This document shows, piece by piece, positions 28,548 to 38,159 of a DNA stretch of 64,000 nucleotides. The stretch lies in assembly GCA_965249725.1 (NCBI GenBank), contig OZ252251.1, forward strand, positions 480,001 through 544,000, in the 5' to 3' direction. Both the position numbers and the translations under genes were made by a program. Every line of letters begins with the position of its first letter. Positions within the stretch are counted from its first letter, which is position 1. A model generated the notes under the pieces. That model did no database searches, had not been told where the DNA came from, and was given only the letters and a program-made list of their open reading frames with translations. This DNA comes from Longimicrobiales bacterium. GTDB lineage: Bacteria > Gemmatimonadota > Gemmatimonadetes > Longimicrobiales > Gaopeijiaceae.

Positions 28548-31209
28548 ATGGCTACGCTAGGCCGTCTGCACGTCGACCTGATCGCCAACACCCAGGCGTT
28601 CCAGAAGGGCCTCGCAGGCGCACAGAAATCGTTCCAGTCCGTCGGGCGATCGATGGCCAATGTCGGCAAGTCGCTGTCGGCGGGAGTGACGCTCCCGATC
28701 GTCGGCGTCGGTGTCGCAGCATTCAAGATGGCGGCCGACTCGGCGGAAGCGGCCTCGAAGATGCAGGCCGTGTTCGGTGGCGCCACACAGGACCTGAACG
28801 CCTGGATCGCCGATCTGCGGGATACTATCCCGGAGACCACAGCGAGCCTTCAGGGCATGACTTCCGGGATTGGGGACCTCCTGGTCCCGCTCGGGATCGC
28901 GCCCGACAAGGCGCAGGACATGACCAAGAGTGTGGTCAAGCTCGCAGGCGATCTCGCGTCGTTCAACAACATCCCTATGGCCGAAGCGCTCGAGCGCATC
29001 CGCTCCGGGCTCGTCGGCCAGAACGAGCCCCTGTTGAACTTCGGCGTGGCCATCGACGCGGCGGGAGTGAAAGCCCGGGCCCTGTCGATGGGCCTCATCC
29101 AACAGGGCGAGGATCTCGACGCAGCCAGCCGAGCCCAAGCCGCTTTCGTGCTCATTGTCGAGGGCACTACGGCGGCCCAAGGGGACGCCGCCAAGACCGC
29201 CGCGTCTGCTGCGAATCAGCTGAAGTTCCTCTGGTCCGAGACGAAGGAGGCCGCTGCCGTGCTCGGCACCGAGCTCCTGCCGGTCATTACCCCACTCATC
29301 ACGAAGGCGGCTGACTTCGCGGAGAACGTCTCCAAGCTAACGGACAGCCAGAAGAAGATGGTCGTCGTGACCGCCGCGGCCGTCGCGGCGCTCGGTCCGT
29401 TCCTCATCGTGCTCGGGTCGATGACGGGCGGGTTCGGTTCGCTCCTGGTCGTCGCCGACGAAGATCCCGGCCGCCATAACAGCTATCAAGGTTGCGGTCC
29501 TGGCGGCGAACCCGGTCACGCTCGCGATCGTCGCGGCCATCGGCGTGCTCACTGCGGCGTTCGTCCTCCTGGATTCGGAGGGACGAGCCAAGGTGCTCGG
29601 CGCGCTCAAGAAGATGGCCGATAAGTTCAAGGCCTTCACCGCACCGATAGCGAACATGGTCAAGGCCGTCGGCCGCATGACCCTGCAGTTCATCGGCCTC
29701 TGGCTGGAGGTACAGGCGACTGTTCTCGCGATCGTCGAGGCCATCGCGACGGGTATTTGGGATTGGTTCGTCGAGTGGCTCGCCCCGCTCGGCCAATGGC
29801 TGTGGGACAAGGTGCTCGAGCCCTTCATCGGAGTGCTCGCGATGGTGGCCAACAAGATCTCCGGGTGGGCCGGCAAGGTCACGGGCTTATTCCGCAGGTT
29901 CCGGAGCAAGGTGACGGGCGAAGAGGTCGAGCCGATGGCCGAGCAGGTGCAGAATCTCTTCAGCGGCATGAAGGACACCGTGACGAACACGGTGACGGGC
30001 ATGAAGGACACCGTGACGAACACGGTGACGGGCATGGCGAGGGCCGTCGTGGGCGCGGTCAAGGGCATGGGAACGGATGTGGTCCCGCCAGTTCAGCAAA
30101 TGCGCCTCGCTGTGGTCGGAGAAGTGATCCAAATGGGTGTCGCCGTTCAGCCGCTGATGGAGAAGATGAAGGCGAACGTCACGGTGCCGTTGATCGACGC
30201 CGGCACCCAAGCGCAGATGTCGATGACGGCGATGAAGGACGCCATCGCCGGGCCTGGCGGGATCCTTAGTGAATTCGGTGGCGATACGGGCAAGAGGGTC
30301 CAGGCCATCGTCAGCAACGTCACGGGCAAGTGGGGCGCGCTACGTGGCGTGCTGGAGCGGGGCGATTTCGATGTCTCTGGGTTCACAGCCCTCAAGGAAT
30401 CGGGCCTGAAAATCCTAGGCGGTCTGCTGAGCAAGGCCGGCGGGATCGCCAAGAAGCTGTTCGGGCTGTTTAAGGGCGGTGGTGGCTTGTTCGGCAAGAT
30501 CGGCGGCCTGTTTAAGGGCGGCCTCGGCAAGATCGGCGGCGCGGTGCTGTCGGGGCTCGGTTCCGTCGGCAGTGCAGCGGCCGGCGTACTCTCGGCGGTC
30601 GCACCTGTACTCTCGGCGGCCGTGCCCGTGCTTGCAATCGCCGGGGCTGGCTATTTGGGCTTCAAAGGCATCAAGGCGCTAACGGGAGCCGGGGCCAGCC
30701 AACGCTTCACCGAAGAGGAGAAGCGCCAGCTCGGCGAATCGAATGCTGCGATTGCTGGTCGTCGCGGAGAGGCAGAGGGGCTCGGCCTTATACGGCCCCT
30801 CTGGACCGCAGCCGACGCCAAAGACCTGGGCGGTGTCGGTGGCGAAGTGGGGCGTCTCGGCCTTGGGCTAACGCCGGCCTTCGAGGCCACCAATCAAGCG
30901 GTATCTCGGATCATTGACGGCCAGGCCAGGACCGATAGCCGACTCGACGACGTGAGTGTCCACATCGCCCACGCCGTTTCAGTGCTGGAGCGGATCGCGG
31001 GCCACACGGAGCGTTTCACGTCCCAGATCAGGCGGGTGCGCGAGCGAATTGATCCCGGGTACTACGACGGCCGGATCCATGGCGGAAGCGAGCAACCGCT
31101 GGACGTCATAGTCAACATCAACGTGGACAGTCTGGACAGCGAGTTCGGGCTGGCCCAGCGGCGGACGGAGCGTGTCGTCGGGGGCCGCGGCGGCGACTAC
31201 GGCAAATGA
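28548..31209 (+). CDS. tape measure protein, frameshift near 29458
   Basis: GVTLPIVG, DLASFNN; frame of ORF 29545 is open back to KIPAAITAIK..ANPVTL. Confidence 0.88.
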
Positions 31210-33749
31210 GGATTACGCTGAGATCGGCCCCGGAGTTCGTCTCAAGCTCCAGGGTGCTGACGGTTGCGGACGTCGAGGTCGGCTCCCTGGCCGAACAGGT
31301 TGGCCAGATCCCCGGCGCTCTGACCTTCCGTGCGCTGCGCTCGGAGCACTGGATCGACGACGCGATGCCCGGCCGCGTCGTGTCGCTCGAGGCGCGGGGC
31401 CGGGTGCACGAGTTCTGGGTCTCGCAGCGTCGCGATACGCTGAGGTCCGAGCTGGCCGTATTCCAGTGCGACCCCATCCACACGGTGCTCCGCGACGCCG
31501 GTGTGCTGGACTGGCTGTCTTCGGACGGCATGTCGCACGTCAACCTCGGCGGCCCGGACGGCGGCATGAGCTTCCGCAATTTCTGGTGGACGTTCGTGCG
31601 ACCGTTCCTGCGGCGGCGTGACGTGACCTGGATCGAGCTCGGAACGGTCGAGAGCGACACGCGGCTCCGCCACTCGTGGGAGGGCGTCACCCCCCAGGCC
31701 GTCATCGTCGCACTAGCCGTGCAGCTGCGCCACGAATGGCGGTTGCGCCGTGACTCGGCGAACAGCGTCTACCGCCTCGACGTGGGCGCCGAGCTCGGGG
31801 CGGACGCGGACGTTGCTGGCGTCGGCGAGGGGCTCAACCTTCTGACGCTCAGGCGCCAGATGGACCGCGAGGATATGGCGACGGTCCTACGACCGATCGG
31901 CGTCTTGGAGTCCGGCGCGCCAGCCGACATAAGTCAGGCGCTTTGGGTCGTGACGGCCGTCAGCGGAAACACGATCACTCTGGCACCCCATTCGATGATC
32001 GGCGGTGACGGTCCGGTAGCCGAGAACGGCCAGTGGGTGGGCGCCTACCTCGAGGCGACAGACGGCTCCGCCCACGAGATCACGGCCTCGGGCACTCCGC
32101 AGGAGCTCACGCTGACGTCCGGAGGCTCCTCGTTCGCCGTGAACGACGAGGTCCGCTTCGTCGCGGACTCCGCCAGCGCGGACCAACTCGAGGTATCGTC
32201 GCCGGCCGCGATCGGCACCTACGGCCGCGTCGCCGTCGGGTCGCGGCTTCCGTTCTTCTCGCGGTCGCCGCTCGAGCGTGCCGGCCTCGTTGAGTGGGAG
32301 GACGCGCAAAGCGTGATCGGCATCAGGACACGCGAAAAGCTCAGCGATAACCGGCTCACCACTCAAGCCGACGCCGAGGACCACGATGCCCTGTTCGCAG
32401 CGACCGAAGGCGCGCTCGTCTTGGCCCACAAGACCGGCTCACCTCAGGAGACCTTCAGCTACTACGTCCTTTCCGGAGACGACCCGTCCAGCGACGGCGA
32501 CACGGAGCGAGTCTTTACGCTCAGCGCGAACCCCAGTTCGGTCGCGGCGAACCGGGACAGCGGCCATTTGGTCCACCCGGGGATGCCGAGCCCATGGCGC
32601 CGCGACGACACCTCGGCCAGTCCGATGCCGATCGTCCTGCGTCGCGACACGCAGACGCGCGCCTACGTAACCAGCGCATCCCGCCCGGACGGCTTGGTGC
32701 CGACCGAGGTTATGGGCCTACCGGCCGGCACGCACGTCGAGCCCGGCGACCTGATCTACTCGCTTTCCGGCGATACCTCCTACGACTACCCGTTTTGGGT
32801 CGTGGCGCCCGCGACCGCGGACGAGGCCGGAACCCTGACGGTGCGGCGGTTCCGCCACCTGACGAATACGTCCTCGCTGACTCCGGAGGGCACCCGAATC
32901 TACCGTCCAACTATAAGCATGGCCGCCTTGAGCCATATCCCGGCGGTACTGGCGGACCATCAGCAGGCCGAGCTGATCCTGCCGTCCGTCCGGCTGGCGC
33001 CGCGCACGAGCGCGAGCCTTTACGCTCACCTCCACTTCTCGGCGATGGCGGCGAAACCCCGCTCGTCCGGATGGTCGACGCTTCCGCGGCTATCCCTCTA
33101 CCGCGGCAACTCGAGCGCCGCCTCGATAGAGGCAACGAACTGGACAGCGACGTCTCCGGGCGAAACCACGGACGAGCGGCTCATCCTGGGACCGCTGGCC
33201 ATCGCAGAGAGTGGCGAATATCATCTGCGATTTCGGCCAGGAGACGCTTCCTATTACTACTGCCTCTACATCCTCTCGGCGAGTCTCTACGTCGGTGTTG
33301 ATGTTGCCTCTGGCTCCAATCTGGTGCCCGAGGCCGCAGTGGGCATCCAGCTGGCCAACCTCGAGCTAGGGCGCCGAAAGAGGTGGCGCGCCCGCTACAC
33401 CTGCTCGCTGCTCGAGCTCGCGGATCAACTCAAGCTCTCCCCGGAAATGATCCGAACGCAGATCGGCTCCAGGGTCCATATCGACTCCCCGGCTCTGGGG
33501 ATCAATGGCCGCTTCCGAATCATGGGCATCAAGTGGTCGCCGGACTCGCTGCGCTCGGAGGTCGAACTGGAGAGCGTAGCCGAGACCCTGACCGGCCGGC
33601 GGGCCGTCGAGAGCGCCCTCTTCGTGCACGAGACCGGCCAGCGTGTGTCGAGCGCTCCCCCGAGGGGCACAGGGTACTATCGTGCCGTCGAGGTCTCGGC
33701 CTCGCAGCTCAGTTCGAGCACGCCTATCGACGTCGAGCGGGTCACCTGA
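31206..33749 (+). CDS. large minor tail protein (tail tip/hub)
   Basis: 847 aa after TMP; GLNLLTLRR. Confidence 0.7.
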   Translation: MRITLRSAPEFVSSSRVLTVADVEVGSLAEQVGQIPGALTFRALRSEHWIDDAMPGRVVSLEARGRVHEFWVSQRRDTLRSELAVFQCDPIHTVLRDAGVLDWLSSDGMSHVNLGGPDGGMSFRNFWWTFVRPFLRRRDVTWIELGTVESDTRLRHSWEGVTPQAVIVALAVQLRHEWRLRRDSANSVYRLDVGAELGADADVAGVGEGLNLLTLRRQMDREDMATVLRPIGVLESGAPADISQALWVVTAVSGNTITLAPHSMIGGDGPVAENGQWVGAYLEATDGSAHEITASGTPQELTLTSGGSSFAVNDEVRFVADSASADQLEVSSPAAIGTYGRVAVGSRLPFFSRSPLERAGLVEWEDAQSVIGIRTREKLSDNRLTTQADAEDHDALFAATEGALVLAHKTGSPQETFSYYVLSGDDPSSDGDTERVFTLSANPSSVAANRDSGHLVHPGMPSPWRRDDTSASPMPIVLRRDTQTRAYVTSASRPDGLVPTEVMGLPAGTHVEPGDLIYSLSGDTSYDYPFWVVAPATADEAGTLTVRRFRHLTNTSSLTPEGTRIYRPTISMAALSHIPAVLADHQQAELILPSVRLAPRTSASLYAHLHFSAMAAKPRSSGWSTLPRLSLYRGNSSAASIEATNWTATSPGETTDERLILGPLAIAESGEYHLRFRPGDASYYYCLYILSASLYVGVDVASGSNLVPEAAVGIQLANLELGRRKRWRARYTCSLLELADQLKLSPEMIRTQIGSRVHIDSPALGINGRFRIMGIKWSPDSLRSEVELESVAETLTGRRAVESALFVHETGQRVSSAPPRGTGYYRAVEVSASQLSSSTPIDVERVT

Positions 33750-34567
33750 TGCTCGACTTCTATCTCAAACTCAATGGCCGCGACATCGGCGAGCTCAGCT
33801 GTGCGCTGATAGAAGGTGTGTCGCTTGGAACGCCCACCTCCGGACGAGAGTTGGCGGGCCTGCCGGGCCGCGTGGGCGTGTCTCCCGACCAAGTATCTAC
33901 GGGCGTTCCGCGCCGGATTGTTATCCCGCTAGCATTGCGCACCAGTACCGACATCACAGTCCGTCAAGAACGACTCGACGACTTGTTGGGATGGGTCCGG
34001 CGCCCGGGTCTGACAGAGATCGAGCTCGGCACGAGCACCGATCGGGTCTTCTGGGGCCTCCTGCAGGATACCGTGATCGATCCGCGCTGGAAGAGCGTGG
34101 CGTGGACCGCCGGTCCGGCCAGGGTCACGCTGGTATTCCTGGTGCCCGCCGGTGTTGCCCACGCGAAGGCGCTCAGCTCAGTAGGGTTGAGCGCGGACAC
34201 GTGGACGGATCTACAGGGCTTGGGGACCGCGCCGTCCGAGCCCCGGATATTCATCCCTGGCCCGGTCGTGGACCCCGTCCTTGAGGTTGCGCGGCCGGAC
34301 GGCACCGTGGAACAAGAACTCACGTTGTCGGGCACCGTCGCAACCGGCGGCTGGTGGGAGGTCGATTCCGCTACGCGGCGTGTGATCGAGCGGGTCGCGA
34401 CCGGAGAGCGTAGCGACGTTACCGGTGACGTCTACTCGTCCGGGTCGTGGCCTGTCTTCGACCCGTCTTTCGGGACCGAATCACTGGTGCCCATGGCCCG
34501 GTTCAAAGCCGGACGAATCATCTCCAACCACACGAGTGTGGCGTACTATAAGGCCAACTGGAGCTAG
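33749..34567 (+). CDS. distal tail (Dit)-like protein
   Basis: LPGRVG, PRRIVIP, GTAPSEPRIFI. Confidence 0.65.
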   Translation: MLDFYLKLNGRDIGELSCALIEGVSLGTPTSGRELAGLPGRVGVSPDQVSTGVPRRIVIPLALRTSTDITVRQERLDDLLGWVRRPGLTEIELGTSTDRVFWGLLQDTVIDPRWKSVAWTAGPARVTLVFLVPAGVAHAKALSSVGLSADTWTDLQGLGTAPSEPRIFIPGPVVDPVLEVARPDGTVEQELTLSGTVATGGWWEVDSATRRVIERVATGERSDVTGDVYSSGSWPVFDPSFGTESLVPMARFKAGRIISNHTSVAYYKANWS

Positions 34568-34568
34568 C

Positions 34569-35414
34569 ATGACTTCCCCCGCACTGGCCCGCCGTACTGC
34601 TCACCGGGCCCCACCCCCGTTCGATTTCCGGGCGCATGACTTCGGGTTCATCGGCCCGGAATGGATCGGCCTCGACGGCGACCCGGATGACGACGACAAG
34701 ATCCGAATCCGGAGCCGGACGAATCATCTCCTGCGGGTCGTACGCTCCGGAGCCGCCGCCGTCACAGCCGACAATGGCGTGGACGTCACCCTGCCGCCGG
34801 GGTTTCCACGCCTCGACTCGAATGGCCTGCTCCTAGCCGCGTCCGAGACCGAGTACGCGGTCGTGGACAGCTGGCCCTGGACGCCCGCCCGGATGATCGG
34901 CACCGACGGGTTCACCCTGCTCGTCCACTTCACAGAGGGCGGCACGATCAGTTCGTCGTCGAGCGTCGCGCTCTTCAACTTCGGCAAGAGCGGAGCGTCC
35001 GACGCTACAGCCCCGTCGTTCGAGATCACCAAGGGCAGCACGGGCAACAAGATCTATCAGGCGGCGCTCAACCACGCCTCAGGCCAGCTCATAACCCCGA
35101 ACACGGCCTATGCGAACACCGACATCACGCAAGACGACCAAGTGATCCTCCTGGCTGGCGTCGATCGTAGTAACGGTGACTTCGACGTCTTTCTCGACGG
35201 CTGGGTGGGCGGGACCCGGCTCACCGGAGCGCCCTTCCTCGCGGGAGCCGCCGAGCGCGGCGTGCCTTCCGCCTGGACCGACGAGACCGCTGCACTCAAT
35301 GCCCGCGACGACGGGACGGAGGTTGGCACCAACACGATCCGGCGGCTTGCCTGGGACCGCGGGGTGCATCAGGGCACCGCGGGACTCGCACACTTCGGAA
35401 TCACGCTCTCATGA
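34569..35414 (+). CDS. putative tail/receptor-binding protein (LamG-like beta sandwich)
   Basis: Last tail gene, beta-rich. Confidence 0.5.
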   Translation: MTSPALARRTAHRAPPPFDFRAHDFGFIGPEWIGLDGDPDDDDKIRIRSRTNHLLRVVRSGAAAVTADNGVDVTLPPGFPRLDSNGLLLAASETEYAVVDSWPWTPARMIGTDGFTLLVHFTEGGTISSSSSVALFNFGKSGASDATAPSFEITKGSTGNKIYQAALNHASGQLITPNTAYANTDITQDDQVILLAGVDRSNGDFDVFLDGWVGGTRLTGAPFLAGAAERGVPSAWTDETAALNARDDGTEVGTNTIRRLAWDRGVHQGTAGLAHFGITLS

Positions 35415-35430
35415 GCAGAGCTAGCGATCC

Positions 35431-35805
35431 ATGACAACGCCACTCGAGACAATCACTCATCTGGGAGAGCAGCCAGTCCACTGGGTCGCGGCCATGTGGC
35501 CGGCCGTGCTCGATCAGAACTGGAAGGCGCTCACAGTGATCGGCGGCGTCTTCGTGCTCGGCAACCTCACCTGGGCCGCGCTCGGTGAGCGCTGGCAGTC
35601 GTTCGACCGTATCGACCCGATCGAGGACCGGATCGAAGTGCTCGAAGGCGAGAGCCTGATGAGCCGCTCGGATCGTGACGAGCTCCGCATTCGCGTGGGC
35701 GGGCTCGAGGGCACGATCGACGAGCTGCAGCCGATGATCTACCGGCTGTTCTGCGACCGCTTCCCCGAGGACTGCGAACTCGGGCCCGCACTGAGGCCGC
35801 GGTGA
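35431..35805 (+). CDS. membrane protein of lysis module
   Basis: TM plus coiled coil. Confidence 0.55.
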   Translation: MTTPLETITHLGEQPVHWVAAMWPAVLDQNWKALTVIGGVFVLGNLTWAALGERWQSFDRIDPIEDRIEVLEGESLMSRSDRDELRIRVGGLEGTIDELQPMIYRLFCDRFPEDCELGPALRPR

Positions 35806-36077
35806 CCGGGATACTGCGTGAACCTCCGGTGAACGGTGAGCCCCAGGGCAAGCTGTCCTTCTCGCGCACGATGCCCTGCTTCTTCGCCGGGATGCTCACG
35901 GCCGCATGGGCCGGTGTCGGAGCCTGGATCGTGTGGGCGACTCTTGGCGATCAGACGACCGAGGTATGGCCAAGAGTCGAGGGTTGGCTCGACTGGGGTC
36001 GCGACTTCGCGTTCATCACCGTGCTGCCCTATCTCGGCATGCGGCTCGGGCAGATCGGCAGGGGACCCGGCACGTGA
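35802..36077 (+). CDS. holin-like protein
   Basis: Two TMs, GKLSFSR, before lysin. Confidence 0.55.
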   Translation: MTGILREPPVNGEPQGKLSFSRTMPCFFAGMLTAAWAGVGAWIVWATLGDQTTEVWPRVEGWLDWGRDFAFITVLPYLGMRLGQIGRGPGT

Positions 36078-36529
36078 GGGTCGTCGTCGAACGCTACGCT
36101 CACGGTGACGACAGTTCACTCGGCCGGATCCGGGTGCCGGGCGCTCGGCGTGCCTTCACGCTCGAAGACGAATGGCGGCCGACCAAGAAGAAGGCCGAGA
36201 CGCGCATCCCGTCCGGCGTCTACAACGTCGCGCTCCGCACCGTGGGCGGCTTCCATGAGCGCTACGCACGACGGTTCCCCGACACCCACAAGGGCATGCT
36301 GTGGCTGCGCTCGGTGCCCGGCTTCGAGCACATCCTGATCCACTGCGGCAACGACGATGACGATACGGCGGGCTGCATCCTCGTGGGCGAAGTGCCCGCC
36401 GTACTGCCGGACGGAGAGTTCGAGGTGCTCCGTTCGGGTGACGCCTACCGCAGGGTCTATCCGCCGATGGCCGATGCCGCCGCGCTCGGCGAACTCGAAA
36501 TCGAGGTCAGAAACAAGGTGGTCACCTGA
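36074..36529 (+). CDS. DUF5675-family putative endolysin
   Basis: FTLED..RIPSGVY..ILIHCGN..TAGCILVG. Confidence 0.85.
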   Translation: MRVVVERYAHGDDSSLGRIRVPGARRAFTLEDEWRPTKKKAETRIPSGVYNVALRTVGGFHERYARRFPDTHKGMLWLRSVPGFEHILIHCGNDDDDTAGCILVGEVPAVLPDGEFEVLRSGDAYRRVYPPMADAAALGELEIEVRNKVVT

Positions 36530-37159
36530 ATGCTGCTCGCCCACTGGAGGCTCGTCGCGGTTGGAGCGCTCGCGGCCGCGACCCTGACGCTCTTTGTCTC
36601 GTGGCGTACGGGGATCGAGGAAGCCGCCGCCGCTCGGGCGCTCGCCGAGGCCGCCCAGCAGCGCCTAGAACGCTCTCTCGTCGTCGTTGATAGCCTCAGT
36701 GCCCACAGCGTCCAGCGCGACTCCGTGGCCGCCGAGATCGAACGCGAGCTGGCCACCGAACGAGAAGAGAACCAGAGGATCGAGCAGGCCGCACTGGCGG
36801 CCACCCGACAGGCCGAGGCTCAGGTCGCCCTCACGCTCGACTCGCTCAGGGCCGCACCTTCGCCTAGGCTTGTGGATCAGCTCGAAGCCCAGATCGAGGA
36901 GGAGCGCGAGACACACCGCTCCGTTGTGGCTGCGCTACGGGTTCAGCTCACTACGGCGGACTCCATGACAGTGCTCTGGCGCTCCAGGCACATCGATGCC
37001 GTGAGGCTCAGCGACGCCCAGGCCGTGGCGCTCGAAGAAGCCCAGGCGGCCCTCGCCGCACGGACCGCTCAGAACCAGGGAAGCTGGTATGACCCGGCGG
37101 TCAGCGCCCTCAAGTACGTGGGCGTGTTCGCGGCAGGCTATGCGTTCGCGAATCGGTAG
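36530..37159 (+). CDS. spanin-like protein
   Basis: N-terminal TM, long coiled coil, after lysin. Confidence 0.6.
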   Translation: MLLAHWRLVAVGALAAATLTLFVSWRTGIEEAAAARALAEAAQQRLERSLVVVDSLSAHSVQRDSVAAEIERELATEREENQRIEQAALAATRQAEAQVALTLDSLRAAPSPRLVDQLEAQIEEERETHRSVVAALRVQLTTADSMTVLWRSRHIDAVRLSDAQAVALEEAQAALAARTAQNQGSWYDPAVSALKYVGVFAAGYAFANR

Positions 37160-37493
37160 GCTGAAAGCCCGATTCGATTGCTCGCCGGAGCGCCTGCTGC
37201 ACCCAGGCGTTCAGGCTCACCTTCTCGGCTGCGGCGGCGACGGCTGCGTTCCGATGGAGCTCCGAGTCCATCCTGATACGCAACTCGCCCGTGAACGGCC
37301 TATCGGGCTCGATCCCCTTCTCTTCGCATACCTCGAGGTACTGGTCCACCGCGCGCGTCATGGACTCACGCACTTCGTCGACCGAGCGCCCCTCGAAGTA
37401 GATCGTGTCCTTCAGATCGACGACGTGGCCCGTCAGCCGCTCGATCGTCGGGTCGTACTCGACGACCCCCGTGTACCCCTTGTGCTCAATCAT
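37110..37493 (-). CDS. hicB: HicB antitoxin
   Basis: HKGYTG.VEYD, VDQYLEVCEEKG, FTGELRIRM..ELH. Confidence 0.92.
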   Translation of the reverse strand: MIEHKGYTGVVEYDPTIERLTGHVVDLKDTIYFEGRSVDEVRESMTRAVDQYLEVCEEKGIEPDRPFTGELRIRMDSELHRNAAVAAAAEKVSLNAWVQQALRRAIESGFQPTDSRTHSLPRTRPRT

Positions 37494-37508
37494 GGTCGTG
37501 GAATCCTC

Positions 37509-37754
37509 CTATAGTTCCCCTATCTCTCGCATCCGGCCGCGCACCCGCTTCACGAGACCCAGGCCACACTCCTTCTGCGGGTGCGGGCGGTCAACCGTGA
37601 ATGGTCGGCCTTGGATCGTGAAGGTGACGGTTGATCCGTGGCCCTCTTTCACATCGCTGGCCAGTGACCCCAGCAGCGCCTCGACCTTCGTCCAGTGCAG
37701 GCCCGGGTTCAGCCTGTCGACCTGCTCCAGCGCCTTGCGATGTTTCTTCTTCAT
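37509..37754 (-). CDS. hicA: HicA toxin
   Basis: KKHRKAL, WTKVEALL, EGHGS, RPHPQKE. Confidence 0.85.
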   Translation of the reverse strand: MKKKHRKALEQVDRLNPGLHWTKVEALLGSLASDVKEGHGSTVTFTIQGRPFTVDRPHPQKECGLGLVKRVRGRMREIGEL

Positions 37755-37760
37755 GGTGTC

Positions 37761-37800
37761 ATGATACAACACCATACGGTCGGTGTCAAAGCTTGACACC
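37761..37800 (-). promoter_or_regulatory. hicAB promoter with operator palindrome
   Basis: TTGACA-N17-TATCAT; GGTGTCAA-AGC-TTGACACC over -35. Confidence 0.75.
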
Positions 37801-37914
37801 GCAACGTTCTAGCAGGTCAACGACCGCGGGTTGCTCGCATTCGGACGCCCGATTGAGTTCGGCGTCGGCTCACCCAGGCCCCTCGCCCTCGTACTCCGGC
37901 ACCCGGCCAAGGCA

Positions 37915-38073
37915 GTGAGGGTCATCGATGCTCAGGCCACGGCGCTCCAAGAGGCCCAGGCGGCGCTCGCCGCACGGATCGCCCAGAGCCAAGGCAGCTG
38001 GTCCGACCCGGTGGTCGGGGTCCTCCGGTACGCGGGGGTGTTCGCCGTTGGGTATGCGTTGGCGAGTCGGTGA
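37915..38073 (+). pseudogene. orphan second 3' end of the spanin-like gene
   Basis: Colinear with 37001-37159; 37/52 aa identical by hand count. Confidence 0.9.
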
Positions 38074-38159
38074 GGCGGGATTGTGCCCACGCAGTGACAG
38101 GACTCAATGTCCCACATAACTGACTCGCCAAGCGGACGCTTCAAGGTCCATCGACACCA

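Noticed and set aside
29450..29465. Split tape measure gene as proof the prophage is defective
   Set aside because: Single-base shift, both parts otherwise intact; needs read polishing
29965..30033. 33-bp tandem duplication in the tape measure gene
   Set aside because: 11-residue periodicity is normal for these proteins
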